Positions 53,613-62,455 of a stretch of DNA of 64,000 nucleotides are shown in pieces. Source of the stretch: Deltaproteobacteria bacterium. GTDB lineage: Bacteria; Myxococcota; Kuafuiibacteriia; Kuafuiibacteriales; Kuafuiibacteriaceae. The translations under genes and the position numbers were made by a program. The DNA lies in assembly GCA_040218735.1 (NCBI GenBank), contig JAVJQW010000049.1, forward strand, positions 96,001 through 160,000. Direction: 5' to 3'. The stretch's first letter is position 1; every line of letters starts with the position of its first letter. Below the pieces are notes generated by a model. The model was not told the origin of the DNA. It did not search any database and saw only the letters and a list, made by a program, of their open reading frames with translations.

Positions 53613-55730
53613 TCACCGCCAGCTGAAGCCCGAGAAGTGGCAGTCCGTGCAATCGATTCGCCCGAACGGGTGCGCGCCCGGGGCGACCGAACGCCCGCGC
53701 GCTGCGTCGAGCGCGTGGCAGTCGAAGCAGTCGGTCGGCAGCCCGACCCAGCGCTCGTTCGTGTGGCAGTCCATGCACGGCGTGACGAAGTGCCGTCCGC
53801 GCAGCGGCCACCCCGAGACGTCGTGGTCGAAGCGGACGAGGCTCCACCGATCGGCTTCGTGGCACCGTTGGCACTGGACGCCGAGCTGTCCGCTGTGCGG
53901 CTCGACGTGGCAGGTCCCGCACCGCTCCAACGGTGGCGCCACCTGACCGGCGGGGTGGCACTTCGCACACTTCAGCGCTGCGTGCCGGCGGACGAGATCG
54001 AACCCGGTGCCGCGGTGGTCGAAGGGATCGTCGAAGGCGCGCGACTCGTCGTGGCAGTCGCGACAGACCCCGAGCGCTTCGGAGTGGGTCGGCGCGTGGC
54101 AATTCACGCAGGCCTGCCGGTCCTTCGCCGCGTTCATCCGCGTGCTGTTCGTGCCTTCATGGCACTTCTCACATTTGGTCTCGGCGTGTTTCCCGGCGAG
54201 CTCGAACCCCGTGAGTTTGTGGTCGAACTTCGTGACCGGTGTGAAGCCATCGTTGGTGTGGCAGCTCGCGCAGTCCTCACCGAACTTACCTTGGTGGACG
54301 TCGACGTGGCAGCCGGCGCACTCGACCGGGAGGCCCGTCAGCTGCCCGCCGACGTGGCAGTCACTGCATTCGACCGACTTGTGTTTCCCCGCGAGCGGGA
54401 ACTTCGTCTCTTCGTGGCGCTCGACGGTGAAGAGGGCGGGGGGCGACCAGTCGGCCGTCGAGTGGCACGTCTCGCAGGCGGCCTTGGCCTGTCCGTCGTG
54501 CGCGTCCTCGTGGCAGTGCACGCATGCCTTCGTCCCCTTCGGGAAGTCCTTCGTCTTCTCCGCGTGGCAGTCTTGGCAACTCACCTCCACGTGTTGCCCG
54601 TCGATAGGGAAGCCGGTCGATTCGTGTTTGAACTTCGGTTGGTCGAAGCCCTTTTCGTTGTGGCACTGTTCGCACGCGCCGAAGTCACCGTGGGCCTTCA
54701 TGCCCTCGTCGCGGTGGCAGCCCGCGCAATCCTCCGGAGCCGCCTTGAACTGAGTTCGTCGACGCCGCTTCTGGAAGTGGCACCGGTCGCAGTCGACGGT
54801 CAGGTGGAGATCGACCAGCTCGAACCTCGACTTCTTGTTGTGATCGAACCGGTTGTTCTTCCACGACGTCGCCGAGTGACAGAGGCTGCACTCACCCAAG
54901 AACTCATGCGTCGACTCCTTCGCGTGACAGCCGCTGCAGAGGGTCGGGGTGTTCGTGAAGTCGAAGTCGACGTGGCAGCTCGTGCACGACGCCGTCCGGT
55001 GTTTCCCAGGGAACTTACACGTGCAGTAGGAGTGGTCGAACTTCGCGGGCTTCCAACCCGCGACCTGGTGGCAGTTGTCGCAGGGGGCGTTCGTCCCGTC
55101 GTGTCCGCGCTCGTGACACGTCGCGCACCGGACCTCCTTCGTCAGGCTGCGCCCGCCGAGGTGGCAGTCCGTGCACGTGCGCTCGGCGTGGCCGCCGTGC
55201 ATCGCGACCGCGTGGTCGCCGATCTTCTTGAGCCCCGTCTTCCAGCTCGTGTCGCCGTGGCACTTCTGGCACTGCGCGCCGAGCTCACCTTCGTGGACGT
55301 CGTCGTGGCACTTGGCGCACAGCGAACCCATCTCGCGGAGGGGTTTTGTGTGGCACTTCGCGCAGTCGATCCCGTCGTGTTTGCCGCGCAGCGCGAAGCG
55401 CGTGTCGTCGTGGGTGAATTTCTCGAGCGCGGCGGCCACGGTGAGGGACGCGCTCCGCCCACCGTGGTCGGCGTGACAATCGATGCACGGGGTCTTCGCG
55501 ACCTTCGCGTGGTACCCGACCGACTTGTCGATCCTGCGGTCGAGGTCCACGTGACAGTCGAGGCACTTCTCGTCGGGGACGCCCTTGAAGACGAGGTGGC
55601 AGCTGTCGCAGTTGGATTCGGTCTTCACGTGGTCGGTGCCGACGGGGCCCGGCGACAGGAGCGCCTGCCAGCCCGCGACCGCCGCGGCGGGCGCGAGCAC
55701 GATCGAGATTGCGATGACGAGACGTTTCAC
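53613..55730 (-). CDS. Periplasmic 30-heme c-type cytochrome (10 tandem tri-heme modules)
   Basis: Signal VKRLVIAISIVLAPAAAVA; 30 CxxCH counted; repeating FDH..TGFxLxGxH-CxxCH-CxxCH-H-CxxCH units. Confidence 0.93.
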   Translation of the reverse strand: MKRLVIAISIVLAPAAAVAGWQALLSPGPVGTDHVKTESNCDSCHLVFKGVPDEKCLDCHVDLDRRIDKSVGYHAKVAKTPCIDCHADHGGRSASLTVAAALEKFTHDDTRFALRGKHDGIDCAKCHTKPLREMGSLCAKCHDDVHEGELGAQCQKCHGDTSWKTGLKKIGDHAVAMHGGHAERTCTDCHLGGRSLTKEVRCATCHERGHDGTNAPCDNCHQVAGWKPAKFDHSYCTCKFPGKHRTASCTSCHVDFDFTNTPTLCSGCHAKESTHEFLGECSLCHSATSWKNNRFDHNKKSRFELVDLHLTVDCDRCHFQKRRRRTQFKAAPEDCAGCHRDEGMKAHGDFGACEQCHNEKGFDQPKFKHESTGFPIDGQHVEVSCQDCHAEKTKDFPKGTKACVHCHEDAHDGQAKAACETCHSTADWSPPALFTVERHEETKFPLAGKHKSVECSDCHVGGQLTGLPVECAGCHVDVHQGKFGEDCASCHTNDGFTPVTKFDHKLTGFELAGKHAETKCEKCHEGTNSTRMNAAKDRQACVNCHAPTHSEALGVCRDCHDESRAFDDPFDHRGTGFDLVRRHAALKCAKCHPAGQVAPPLERCGTCHVEPHSGQLGVQCQRCHEADRWSLVRFDHDVSGWPLRGRHFVTPCMDCHTNERWVGLPTDCFDCHALDAARGRSVAPGAHPFGRIDCTDCHFSGFSWR

Positions 55731-57103
55731 CACGTCGCACCCCACTGCGCACCGGCGTGTACGAAGAAGCGGATCTCCCCGCCGTTGAGGTTCTTCTCGA
55801 AGTCGCCGCCTCCGAAGAAGTACGCGTGTGCGTAGAAGATCCGCGCGAACAACACTTGCTGCGCCTGGAGCACGAACGGCGACAGGTCGTCCGGGTCGAC
55901 GGGTTGGCCGGGGGAGCGCGGATCGAAGGCGAGGCCCGAAACCGGTGCCGCGGAGCGTTCGAGGAAGCGGACGCCGGCCTGTGCGTCGACGTTGAATCGG
56001 CGGAACCCGAGCGCGCCCTTCCAGAGGATGCGGTCGAGGTCGGGACCGTCGGGGTCGTCGAATTCGATGTCGTCGTAGAAGATGCGCGCGAGGAGGTACG
56101 GACCCTTGATCCCCAGGCGGTTCGCTTCGATGGAGGCGCCGTAGCGGATCTCGCGCCGGTCCTCGCGGATGCGCAGGCGCGCCGAGGCGCGAACCCATCC
56201 GAGCTCCAGCGGCTGCACCGCGGCGTGGACGCGGTTGTCGAGGAAGTTCGGATCCTGGAGGACGTCGAGGTCGTCCGCGAGGCCTTCACGGAACACCGCG
56301 GCGCGTTGGAACTGGCCTTGGTAACCCACGCGAACCCAGTCGAAGGGCTGGTAGTCGGCGAACAGCACGACGCCGAGGAGGTTGAGCGCATTGGCCTGAA
56401 GCTGCGCCGACGACCACGACGGCCCGAGCACGTACGAGGCGCGTTCGGAGAACGAGACGTTGCCGCCGATCGTCAGCTCGTCGGTCGGGCGACCGACGCC
56501 GAAGAGCATCAGGTTGAACGCGTCGAAGTCTTCGGTGACCTGGGTGTCGTCGTCCTGTCTCAGCAGCTCGATGCGGTCGCGCGCGAACGCACCGACGAGC
56601 GAGGCTGAAAGTCGGGTGTCGCGCCAGGAGACGCCGCCGCCCACCGCGGGGAGGAAGTCGGAGAGGTCGACGTTGCGCCGTGACGTCGTGAGCGCGCGGC
56701 GGCCGCCGAACGCTTCGAAGCGGAGGCGGCCGTTGCGGTAGGCTGCCTTGACCGCGTCGACGGGGAGGAACGATGCGGAGCCCGCGACGAAGCGCCCGGC
56801 CGACAGCTCGAGGCCGTCGACGATCTCGTAGCCGACCTCCGCCTGGTAGAGGAGGCGGAGCGTGGTGTTCTGCACGGCGCCGCCGACCGGTTCGCGGCCG
56901 CGGTAGTCGACGGCGACCCGAAGTTTGTCGTCCAGCTCGCGAAGTCGCAGCCGGACGTGCATGCCGATCTCCTGCGCGGCGAACGACTCCGTGTCGGAGG
57001 ACGCCTCCGCCCGGAAGAAGTCGGTCGAGACGCTGCCGTCGACCTCGCCGGCGAACGCCGGGGACCCGAACAACACACAGAGGATGAACGCCAGGGCGCG
57101 CAT
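55727..57103 (-). CDS. Probable outer-membrane beta-barrel (cytochrome-associated porin)
   Basis: ATG 57103, signal MRALAFILCVLFGSPAFA; amphipathic strands; terminal aromatic FFVHAGAQWGATW; translationally coupled to the 30-heme gene. Confidence 0.75.
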   Translation of the reverse strand: MRALAFILCVLFGSPAFAGEVDGSVSTDFFRAEASSDTESFAAQEIGMHVRLRLRELDDKLRVAVDYRGREPVGGAVQNTTLRLLYQAEVGYEIVDGLELSAGRFVAGSASFLPVDAVKAAYRNGRLRFEAFGGRRALTTSRRNVDLSDFLPAVGGGVSWRDTRLSASLVGAFARDRIELLRQDDDTQVTEDFDAFNLMLFGVGRPTDELTIGGNVSFSERASYVLGPSWSSAQLQANALNLLGVVLFADYQPFDWVRVGYQGQFQRAAVFREGLADDLDVLQDPNFLDNRVHAAVQPLELGWVRASARLRIREDRREIRYGASIEANRLGIKGPYLLARIFYDDIEFDDPDGPDLDRILWKGALGFRRFNVDAQAGVRFLERSAAPVSGLAFDPRSPGQPVDPDDLSPFVLQAQQVLFARIFYAHAYFFGGGDFEKNLNGGEIRFFVHAGAQWGATW

Positions 57104-57861
57104 CACAGCCCGGGCGTGAACATGTACGAGAGGATGACGTGGACCGCCGCGAGCACGTACATCATCGCGGCGATCGGACGGTGCGCGATGATCCACCGCG
57201 AGAAGATCTTGTTGGCGGCCGCGTAGGCGATCATGCGCCGTTCGAGGATCAGACGCCGCTCCGCGAGCTCGCGAACCTGCGGCGCCAGCGACATCCCGCT
57301 CAATTGGCGGCGTGCTCGGCGGGCGTCGAGGTCGGCGCGCATCAGGCCGATGAGTCCGGAGGGCTTGGGGCCCTTTTGCGACAAGGCGAGAACCTCCGCG
57401 GGGAGGTCGCCGAGGGACGATAGCTCCGCATCGACGTCCTTCACCTCCATGCGCTCGCCATGAATGCTCCTCGGGAGCATCGAGTACATATAGCGGCCGA
57501 AGAGTCCGGAGAAGAACACGATGAGTACGAATACAAAACTCAGGAAGCCCGGGTTCAGCGGTGAGATGGGTGCCTCGCGGGTAAACAGGTGTGTCGAGTG
57601 GAATCCGACGAGGATCATGCCCTGAAATCCGAGGAAGATGTGCAGATGCAGCCACGCCGAGAGTCGCGCGACCTGCCGTAATCCTCGCGATCGTCGCGCG
57701 ATCGAGTAGACGAGCATGACGATCATCGCGATGAGTCCGCCCCAGCCTAGATAGATCGACAGTGGCGCGGATGAGTTGGGTGGGTCTTGGATGTAAACAA
57801 CGCTGAGATAGATCGTCTCGGCGATGATGATGACGAAATATAAGATTGGGATGAGTCGCAT
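57103..57861 (-). CDS. Inner-membrane His-rich protein, cytochrome b / ferric-reductase-like TM domain
   Basis: About 5 TM helices with intramembrane His pairs WLHLHIFLG...GFHS and WIIAHRP...AVHV. Confidence 0.7.
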   Translation of the reverse strand: MRLIPILYFVIIIAETIYLSVVYIQDPPNSSAPLSIYLGWGGLIAMIVMLVYSIARRSRGLRQVARLSAWLHLHIFLGFQGMILVGFHSTHLFTREAPISPLNPGFLSFVFVLIVFFSGLFGRYMYSMLPRSIHGERMEVKDVDAELSSLGDLPAEVLALSQKGPKPSGLIGLMRADLDARRARRQLSGMSLAPQVRELAERRLILERRMIAYAAANKIFSRWIIAHRPIAAMMYVLAAVHVILSYMFTPGL

Positions 57862-57904
57862 TTATTATCGTCCTGGTCTCGCCGGGGTGGTAACTTCTCG
57901 GGCC

Positions 57905-59227
57905 GTGGAAGTCGTCGTCGGGTTCGGAGTGCTCATGCTTGGCCTCATCCTCCTCTGGGGCGTGCGGTCGCTGCGCGGCCAGCGCGAGCTGGAGTCGCAG
58001 TCGCGCGAGAACCTCTCGCACGCCGAACGGTCGGGCGCGCTCCCGCCGTCGCTCCACCCCAAGGTCAACCTCGACGTCTGCATCGGCACGGGCGCATGCG
58101 TGAAGGTCTGCCCGGAGGTCGACGTGCTCGGCCTGATCGACGGCAAGGCGCGGCTCGCGAACCCGACGAAGTGCATCGGTCACGGCGAGTGCCTGCGTGC
58201 GTGTCCCGTCGATGCGATCGAGCTGGTGATCGGCAACGAGCGCCGCGGCGTGGATATCCCGCTCGTCTCCTCGGAGTTCGAAACCAACGTGCCGAATCTC
58301 TACGTGGTGGGCGAGCTCGGGGGCATGGGCCTCATCTACAACGCGATGACGCAGGCGCTGCAGTGCATGCGCGCCGTGAAGCGCGCCGTACCGAAGAAGC
58401 AAGAGGGCGTGCATCAGCTGGTGATCGTCGGCGCCGGGCCGGCGGGGCTCGCGGCGTCGCTCGCGGCCATCGAGGCGAAGCTCGACTACGTGACGGTGGA
58501 TCAGGAGTCGATGGGCGGCACGGTGCTGCAGTACCCGCGACAGAAGATCGTGATGAGCCGCCCCGTGCAGCTCCCGATCTACGGCAAGCTCGCGATCACC
58601 ACGGTGTCGAAGGAGGACCTGCTCGCGCAGTGGGAGGACATCGTCACGAAGACCGGCGTCCGGGTTCGAAACCAAGTGCGCGTCGATGGCGTGAAGAAGG
58701 GCGACGACGGCATCTTCGAGGTCGCGACTTCGCAAGGTACCTTGCGCGCGAACGTCGTGCTCCTCGCGATGGGGCGACGCGGGACGCCGCGGAAGCTCGG
58801 CGTGCCGGGTGAGGACCTGCCAAAGGTCACCTACCGTTTGCTCGAACCGGAGAACTACGCGGGGAGCCGTTGCCTCGTGGTCGGCGGCGGCGACTCCGCA
58901 GTGGAGGCGGCGATCGCGCTGGGCGAGGCGGGTGCCACGGTCCACCTGTCGTACCGCGGGAGCGCGTTCGGTCGCATCAAGCCGAAGAACCAGGAGCGCC
59001 TCGACGCCGCGGTCGGTGCGGGCAAGGTCGCGCTGATGATGGAGACCAACACGAAGGCGATCACGAAGGACGCGGTGACGCTCGACGACGGCGGTCGTTC
59101 CATCGAGCTGCCCAACGACTACGTGCTCGTGTTCGCGGGCGGCGTGCTGCCGACGAAGTTCCTGCAGGCGGCGGGGGTCGAGGTGCAGACGTTCAAGGGC
59201 GAGGCCTTCGCGCCTGCGAATACCTGA
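57905..59227 (+). CDS. Membrane-anchored ferredoxin plus thioredoxin-reductase-like FAD/NAD(P)H oxidoreductase fusion
   Basis: N-terminal TM; CIGTGACVKVCP and CIGHGECLRACP; YVVGELGG; IVGAGPAG (FAD); VVGGGDSAVE...SYR (NAD(P)H); start placed at GTG 57905. Confidence 0.85.
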   Translation: MEVVVGFGVLMLGLILLWGVRSLRGQRELESQSRENLSHAERSGALPPSLHPKVNLDVCIGTGACVKVCPEVDVLGLIDGKARLANPTKCIGHGECLRACPVDAIELVIGNERRGVDIPLVSSEFETNVPNLYVVGELGGMGLIYNAMTQALQCMRAVKRAVPKKQEGVHQLVIVGAGPAGLAASLAAIEAKLDYVTVDQESMGGTVLQYPRQKIVMSRPVQLPIYGKLAITTVSKEDLLAQWEDIVTKTGVRVRNQVRVDGVKKGDDGIFEVATSQGTLRANVVLLAMGRRGTPRKLGVPGEDLPKVTYRLLEPENYAGSRCLVVGGGDSAVEAAIALGEAGATVHLSYRGSAFGRIKPKNQERLDAAVGAGKVALMMETNTKAITKDAVTLDDGGRSIELPNDYVLVFAGGVLPTKFLQAAGVEVQTFKGEAFAPANT

Positions 59228-59259
59228 GCGTTCGACGACGAAGACGATCACGGCGCGGC

Positions 59260-60321
59260 TCAGTTGAAGTCGACCGTTCCGTCGACGTGGCGGTTCGGCG
59301 CGGTGATGGTGAGGTTCGGGCCGGCGACGGCGCCGTGGCAGTTGTTACAGGCGGACGAGCCGGGGTGCGGCGGCGGCGGAGGGTTCGCGTGGCAGGTGCC
59401 GCAGGCGGCCTGCGTGCCGTCGACATTCGTCCACACCGGCGTGGTGCTGCCGTGGCAGTGGGTGTTCGCGCACGTCGCGGCGTCGCGATCCCACGCGGGC
59501 GTGCGTCCACCGGTGGTGGGGACGGCTCCCCAGACGACCTCGGCGGGGGGCGCCGTGTCGGTGTGTCCGGGGTCGCCGACGGCCTGGATGTCGACGTGAC
59601 AAGCCGTGCACGTGACCGGCGCGAAGGGGCCGGCGGGGGCCAGGTGGATGCGGTGGGCGCCGACGCCGACGGTGGACGTGTCGGAGGCGCCGTTCAGATC
59701 GAGGGGCGGCGCGGGGTCGCTGTCGTCGCCGTGGCATCCGGTCGCACAGGAGCCGCCGCCTCCGTCGACGTCGAGCGTCCCGTCGAGGTGTCGCGACGGA
59801 TCCGCGAGCGTCTGGTTCGGTCCGGCGACGGGCGCGTGGCACGCCTCGCAGGTGTTCGAGGCGGGGTGGGGCGGCGGCGGCGGCATCGCGTGGCAGGCGC
59901 CGCACGCGGCTTCACTGCCGTCGAGGTCGGTCCATGCCGGCGCGCCCGCGCCGTGGCAGTAGGTGTTGTTGCAGGCGGCGGTCGCGCGGTCGTAGGTCGG
60001 GGCGGCGCCGGTGGAGGCGAGCGCGCCGAACTGGACCTCGGCGGGCCACGGGGTGTCGATGTGGCCGGGTGCATCGACGGTGCCCGGCACGAGGTGGCAC
60101 TCCCCGCACGCGACGGCGCGGCCGAGGCGCGCGCCGGTGAGGTGGGCCTGGTGCGCGCCGACCGCGGGGCCGTCGTCGATGCCGCCGAGCCCGGAGGGCG
60201 GCGCGGCGTTTGCGGCGCCGCCGTGGCAGTCCGCGCACCCGGCGACGGCGGGGACGTCCTGAGCGCGCTCGAAGCACGCCGTGGCGAGCAGGAGGAAGAG
60301 CAGGGGAGCGGGGGGGCGCAA
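59260..60321 (-). CDS. Lipoprotein multiheme cytochrome c with Geobacter-type CxxxxCH...CxxCH motifs (10 putative hemes)
   Basis: Lipobox LATAC; CADCH, CGECH, CNNTYCH, CGACH, CEACH, CATGCH, CTACH, CANTHCH, CGTCH, CNNCH; two duplicated halves. Confidence 0.88.
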   Translation of the reverse strand: MRPPAPLLFLLLATACFERAQDVPAVAGCADCHGGAANAAPPSGLGGIDDGPAVGAHQAHLTGARLGRAVACGECHLVPGTVDAPGHIDTPWPAEVQFGALASTGAAPTYDRATAACNNTYCHGAGAPAWTDLDGSEAACGACHAMPPPPPHPASNTCEACHAPVAGPNQTLADPSRHLDGTLDVDGGGGSCATGCHGDDSDPAPPLDLNGASDTSTVGVGAHRIHLAPAGPFAPVTCTACHVDIQAVGDPGHTDTAPPAEVVWGAVPTTGGRTPAWDRDAATCANTHCHGSTTPVWTNVDGTQAACGTCHANPPPPPHPGSSACNNCHGAVAGPNLTITAPNRHVDGTVDFN

Positions 60322-60495
60322 CGGGATCGAGTGTAGCGGCGCGGGGGCGCGAACCGAACGAAAGGTGGGGAGGGCCGGGCGGGCGCGGATCTGGCGATTC
60401 GATGCCGAATTCGGGCTGGAACGGGGAGGTATGAATCGTGGCTATGGCTACTATAGGCCACGCCTTGGACGCGCGACTGGCGCAATGCTCTGACA

Positions 60496-62145
60496 TCAAG
60501 GCAGCACGAGCTCGAACCCCGCCAGCCGAAAGCCCTTGGTGCCGACCGCACGCACGACTTCGATGTGCAGGCGCTTCACCTCCCCGATGGGTTGTGTAGC
60601 GAGCACGGTGCCGGGGTCGCCGAACTTCTTCGACGCGACGGCGAGGAGGCGCCCCTCTCCGTCGTAGACGCGCATCACCGACGGCTGCATCGATGCCTCG
60701 CCCGCGTCGCGGAGCACGACACTCTCGATCGTCGTCGGGTCGAGCTCCACGTCGAACGCGACGGTTCCGATGCTCCACTTCTGTTCGTACGTGAAGTGCA
60801 CGCCCTCCGACGCCATGGGGAACCGCGATGGCGGCGTCGCGGGTGACGTCGGCTTCGGGCCGGTCGCGCTCCGGAGCGCTCGACGCTCGAGCCGTGGTCG
60901 CCCCTCCAGGCGCTCGAACCGAACGGCGTTGTCCGGACCGTCCGTCACCAGCGCGGCGGGGGTGGTGAGGGGGATCTCGAAGTCGAGCACCTCGGTCAGC
61001 GCACGATCGATCGCGGCGGCGTCCCAGCCCTCGTTCTTCGCGAGGTGCCCAAAGAGCGCGGCCGCGATGACCTGGTTTCCGGACGGCATGAAGTGCCCCT
61101 GCGGAGCGCTTCGAGCCATCGTGTAGTACGCGTGCGCGTCCGCGAAGAAGGCGCGGTCGAGGGTGTCGACGCCCTGTTCTTCGAGGCACGCCACGAACGC
61201 GTCCCCGGCCGCGTCGGGCTGGTCCGCGTACAGCGGCACCACCAACACGGAGAGCTTGGCACCGTCGCGCTCGACGTCGCGCTCGAATGCGACGATCCGT
61301 TCACAGGAGAAGCGCGCCTTGTCCAGGTCGGTCCCGGGGTGGTCGACGTAGTTGTACACCGGACGATGCGCTCGAACGTGCACGAGGCCGAGATCTTCGG
61401 CGGCCGAAGCCACGAACGGGATCCTCAGCGCACCGTCGGTGAGGGTCCGATAGGCCAGAGAGCGGAAGTGGAGGCGTTCGTCGAGCGCCTGCCACGAGGA
61501 GAGGGAGACGTAGATCGCGGTCTTCTCGTACCCGACCCGGAACGCCTCGGTCGTCCCCTCCTCGAAGGGCTGTCCGATCCCGTAGCGCGTGCACGACGCG
61601 GGACCGTCGCGCTCTCGCCAGTTCTGCCACAGGTCGTTGCCGAGGTAGACCTGAAGCACGACATGGTCGGCCTGAAACGACCGCCCGATCGCGCCGTAGT
61701 AGAGCATCTGTCGGATGTTCGAGCTCCCCGAGATGCCCGTGTTCAGGACGTCGGCGCCGTCATCGACTTGGCGTAGCAGTGCGTCGAGATACGACGGATA
61801 GGCTTCGTCGTCGCGGACGCCATACCCGAAGGTGATCGAGTCCCCGAGGACCAGCACGCGAAGCCCGCGCTTCGTCTGCGCCATCGCGCGGGTCGAGCGA
61901 GCGCCGAGATCGTTGATGGTCGTCTCCACCCAGTGCTGGTCCTTGTCGTCGACGCGGGCATCGGCGGAGTGGAAGTCCGGCGTCAGAACCGTCCCGACCA
62001 CGGGGTGAAAGCTGTGGACGTACTGCGGCATCTTGCCGACGAGTTTCGTCGGAACGAAGAGGCGCAGGCACAGCTCGACGAAGGCGAGACCCACGACGCA
62101 GGTCACCAGGACAACGAGCAGGTTCGTCCCGATTCTGCGGCGCAT
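60496..62145 (-). CDS. Membrane-anchored SGNH/GDSL-family hydrolase or acetyltransferase with C-terminal beta-sandwich
   Basis: N-terminal TM; INDLGAR; VLVLGDSITFG; LNTGISG; YLGNDL; QGHFMPSGN. Confidence 0.85.
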   Translation of the reverse strand: MRRRIGTNLLVVLVTCVVGLAFVELCLRLFVPTKLVGKMPQYVHSFHPVVGTVLTPDFHSADARVDDKDQHWVETTINDLGARSTRAMAQTKRGLRVLVLGDSITFGYGVRDDEAYPSYLDALLRQVDDGADVLNTGISGSSNIRQMLYYGAIGRSFQADHVVLQVYLGNDLWQNWRERDGPASCTRYGIGQPFEEGTTEAFRVGYEKTAIYVSLSSWQALDERLHFRSLAYRTLTDGALRIPFVASAAEDLGLVHVRAHRPVYNYVDHPGTDLDKARFSCERIVAFERDVERDGAKLSVLVVPLYADQPDAAGDAFVACLEEQGVDTLDRAFFADAHAYYTMARSAPQGHFMPSGNQVIAAALFGHLAKNEGWDAAAIDRALTEVLDFEIPLTTPAALVTDGPDNAVRFERLEGRPRLERRALRSATGPKPTSPATPPSRFPMASEGVHFTYEQKWSIGTVAFDVELDPTTIESVVLRDAGEASMQPSVMRVYDGEGRLLAVASKKFGDPGTVLATQPIGEVKRLHIEVVRAVGTKGFRLAGFELVLP

Positions 62146-62263
62146 TCGACGACGGGTAGCGCCTCGCGTCGCTCGGGCGCAACGCGAATTCGTCGGGTTC
62201 TCGTGCGCGTCGCGGCGCGGAACGACCTCGAGGCGGAGCCTTCGCGGCAGAGTGGCTGGAAGT

Positions 62264-62411
62264 TGGGTCTCAGACCCGGTCTGGAGGTTCTTGGAGGCTC
62301 GGAGCTGGGTTTGAAACCCGATTTGGAGGTTCTAAGAGGGTCGGGATTGGGTTTGAAACCCGATTCGGAGGTTCTGAGAGGGTCGGGATTGGGTTTGAAA
62401 CCCGATTTGGA
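62264..62411. repeat. 42-bp tandem repeat, about 3.5 copies, with an internal palindrome
   Basis: Units start at 62264, 62306, 62348 and 62390; consensus TGGGTTTGAAACCCGATTTGGAGGTTCTGAGAGGGTCGGGAT. Confidence 0.9.
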
Positions 62412-62455
62412 CCCTCTCCGTAGCTCGTGCGTGGCTTCGAGCGTCGATCTCGGAC

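Noticed and set aside
55727-59251. Very long ORF-track entries suggesting fusions (also 28104-31154, 20879-25297, 18306-19958, 15012-16850)
   Set aside because: The N-terminal extensions overlap other genes; real starts are marked by signal peptides and stop/start overlaps
62264-62411. Possible CRISPR array (GTTTGAAAC resembles repeat ends)
   Set aside because: Intervening sequences are near-identical rather than unique spacers, the period is only 42 bp, and there are no cas genes in the window
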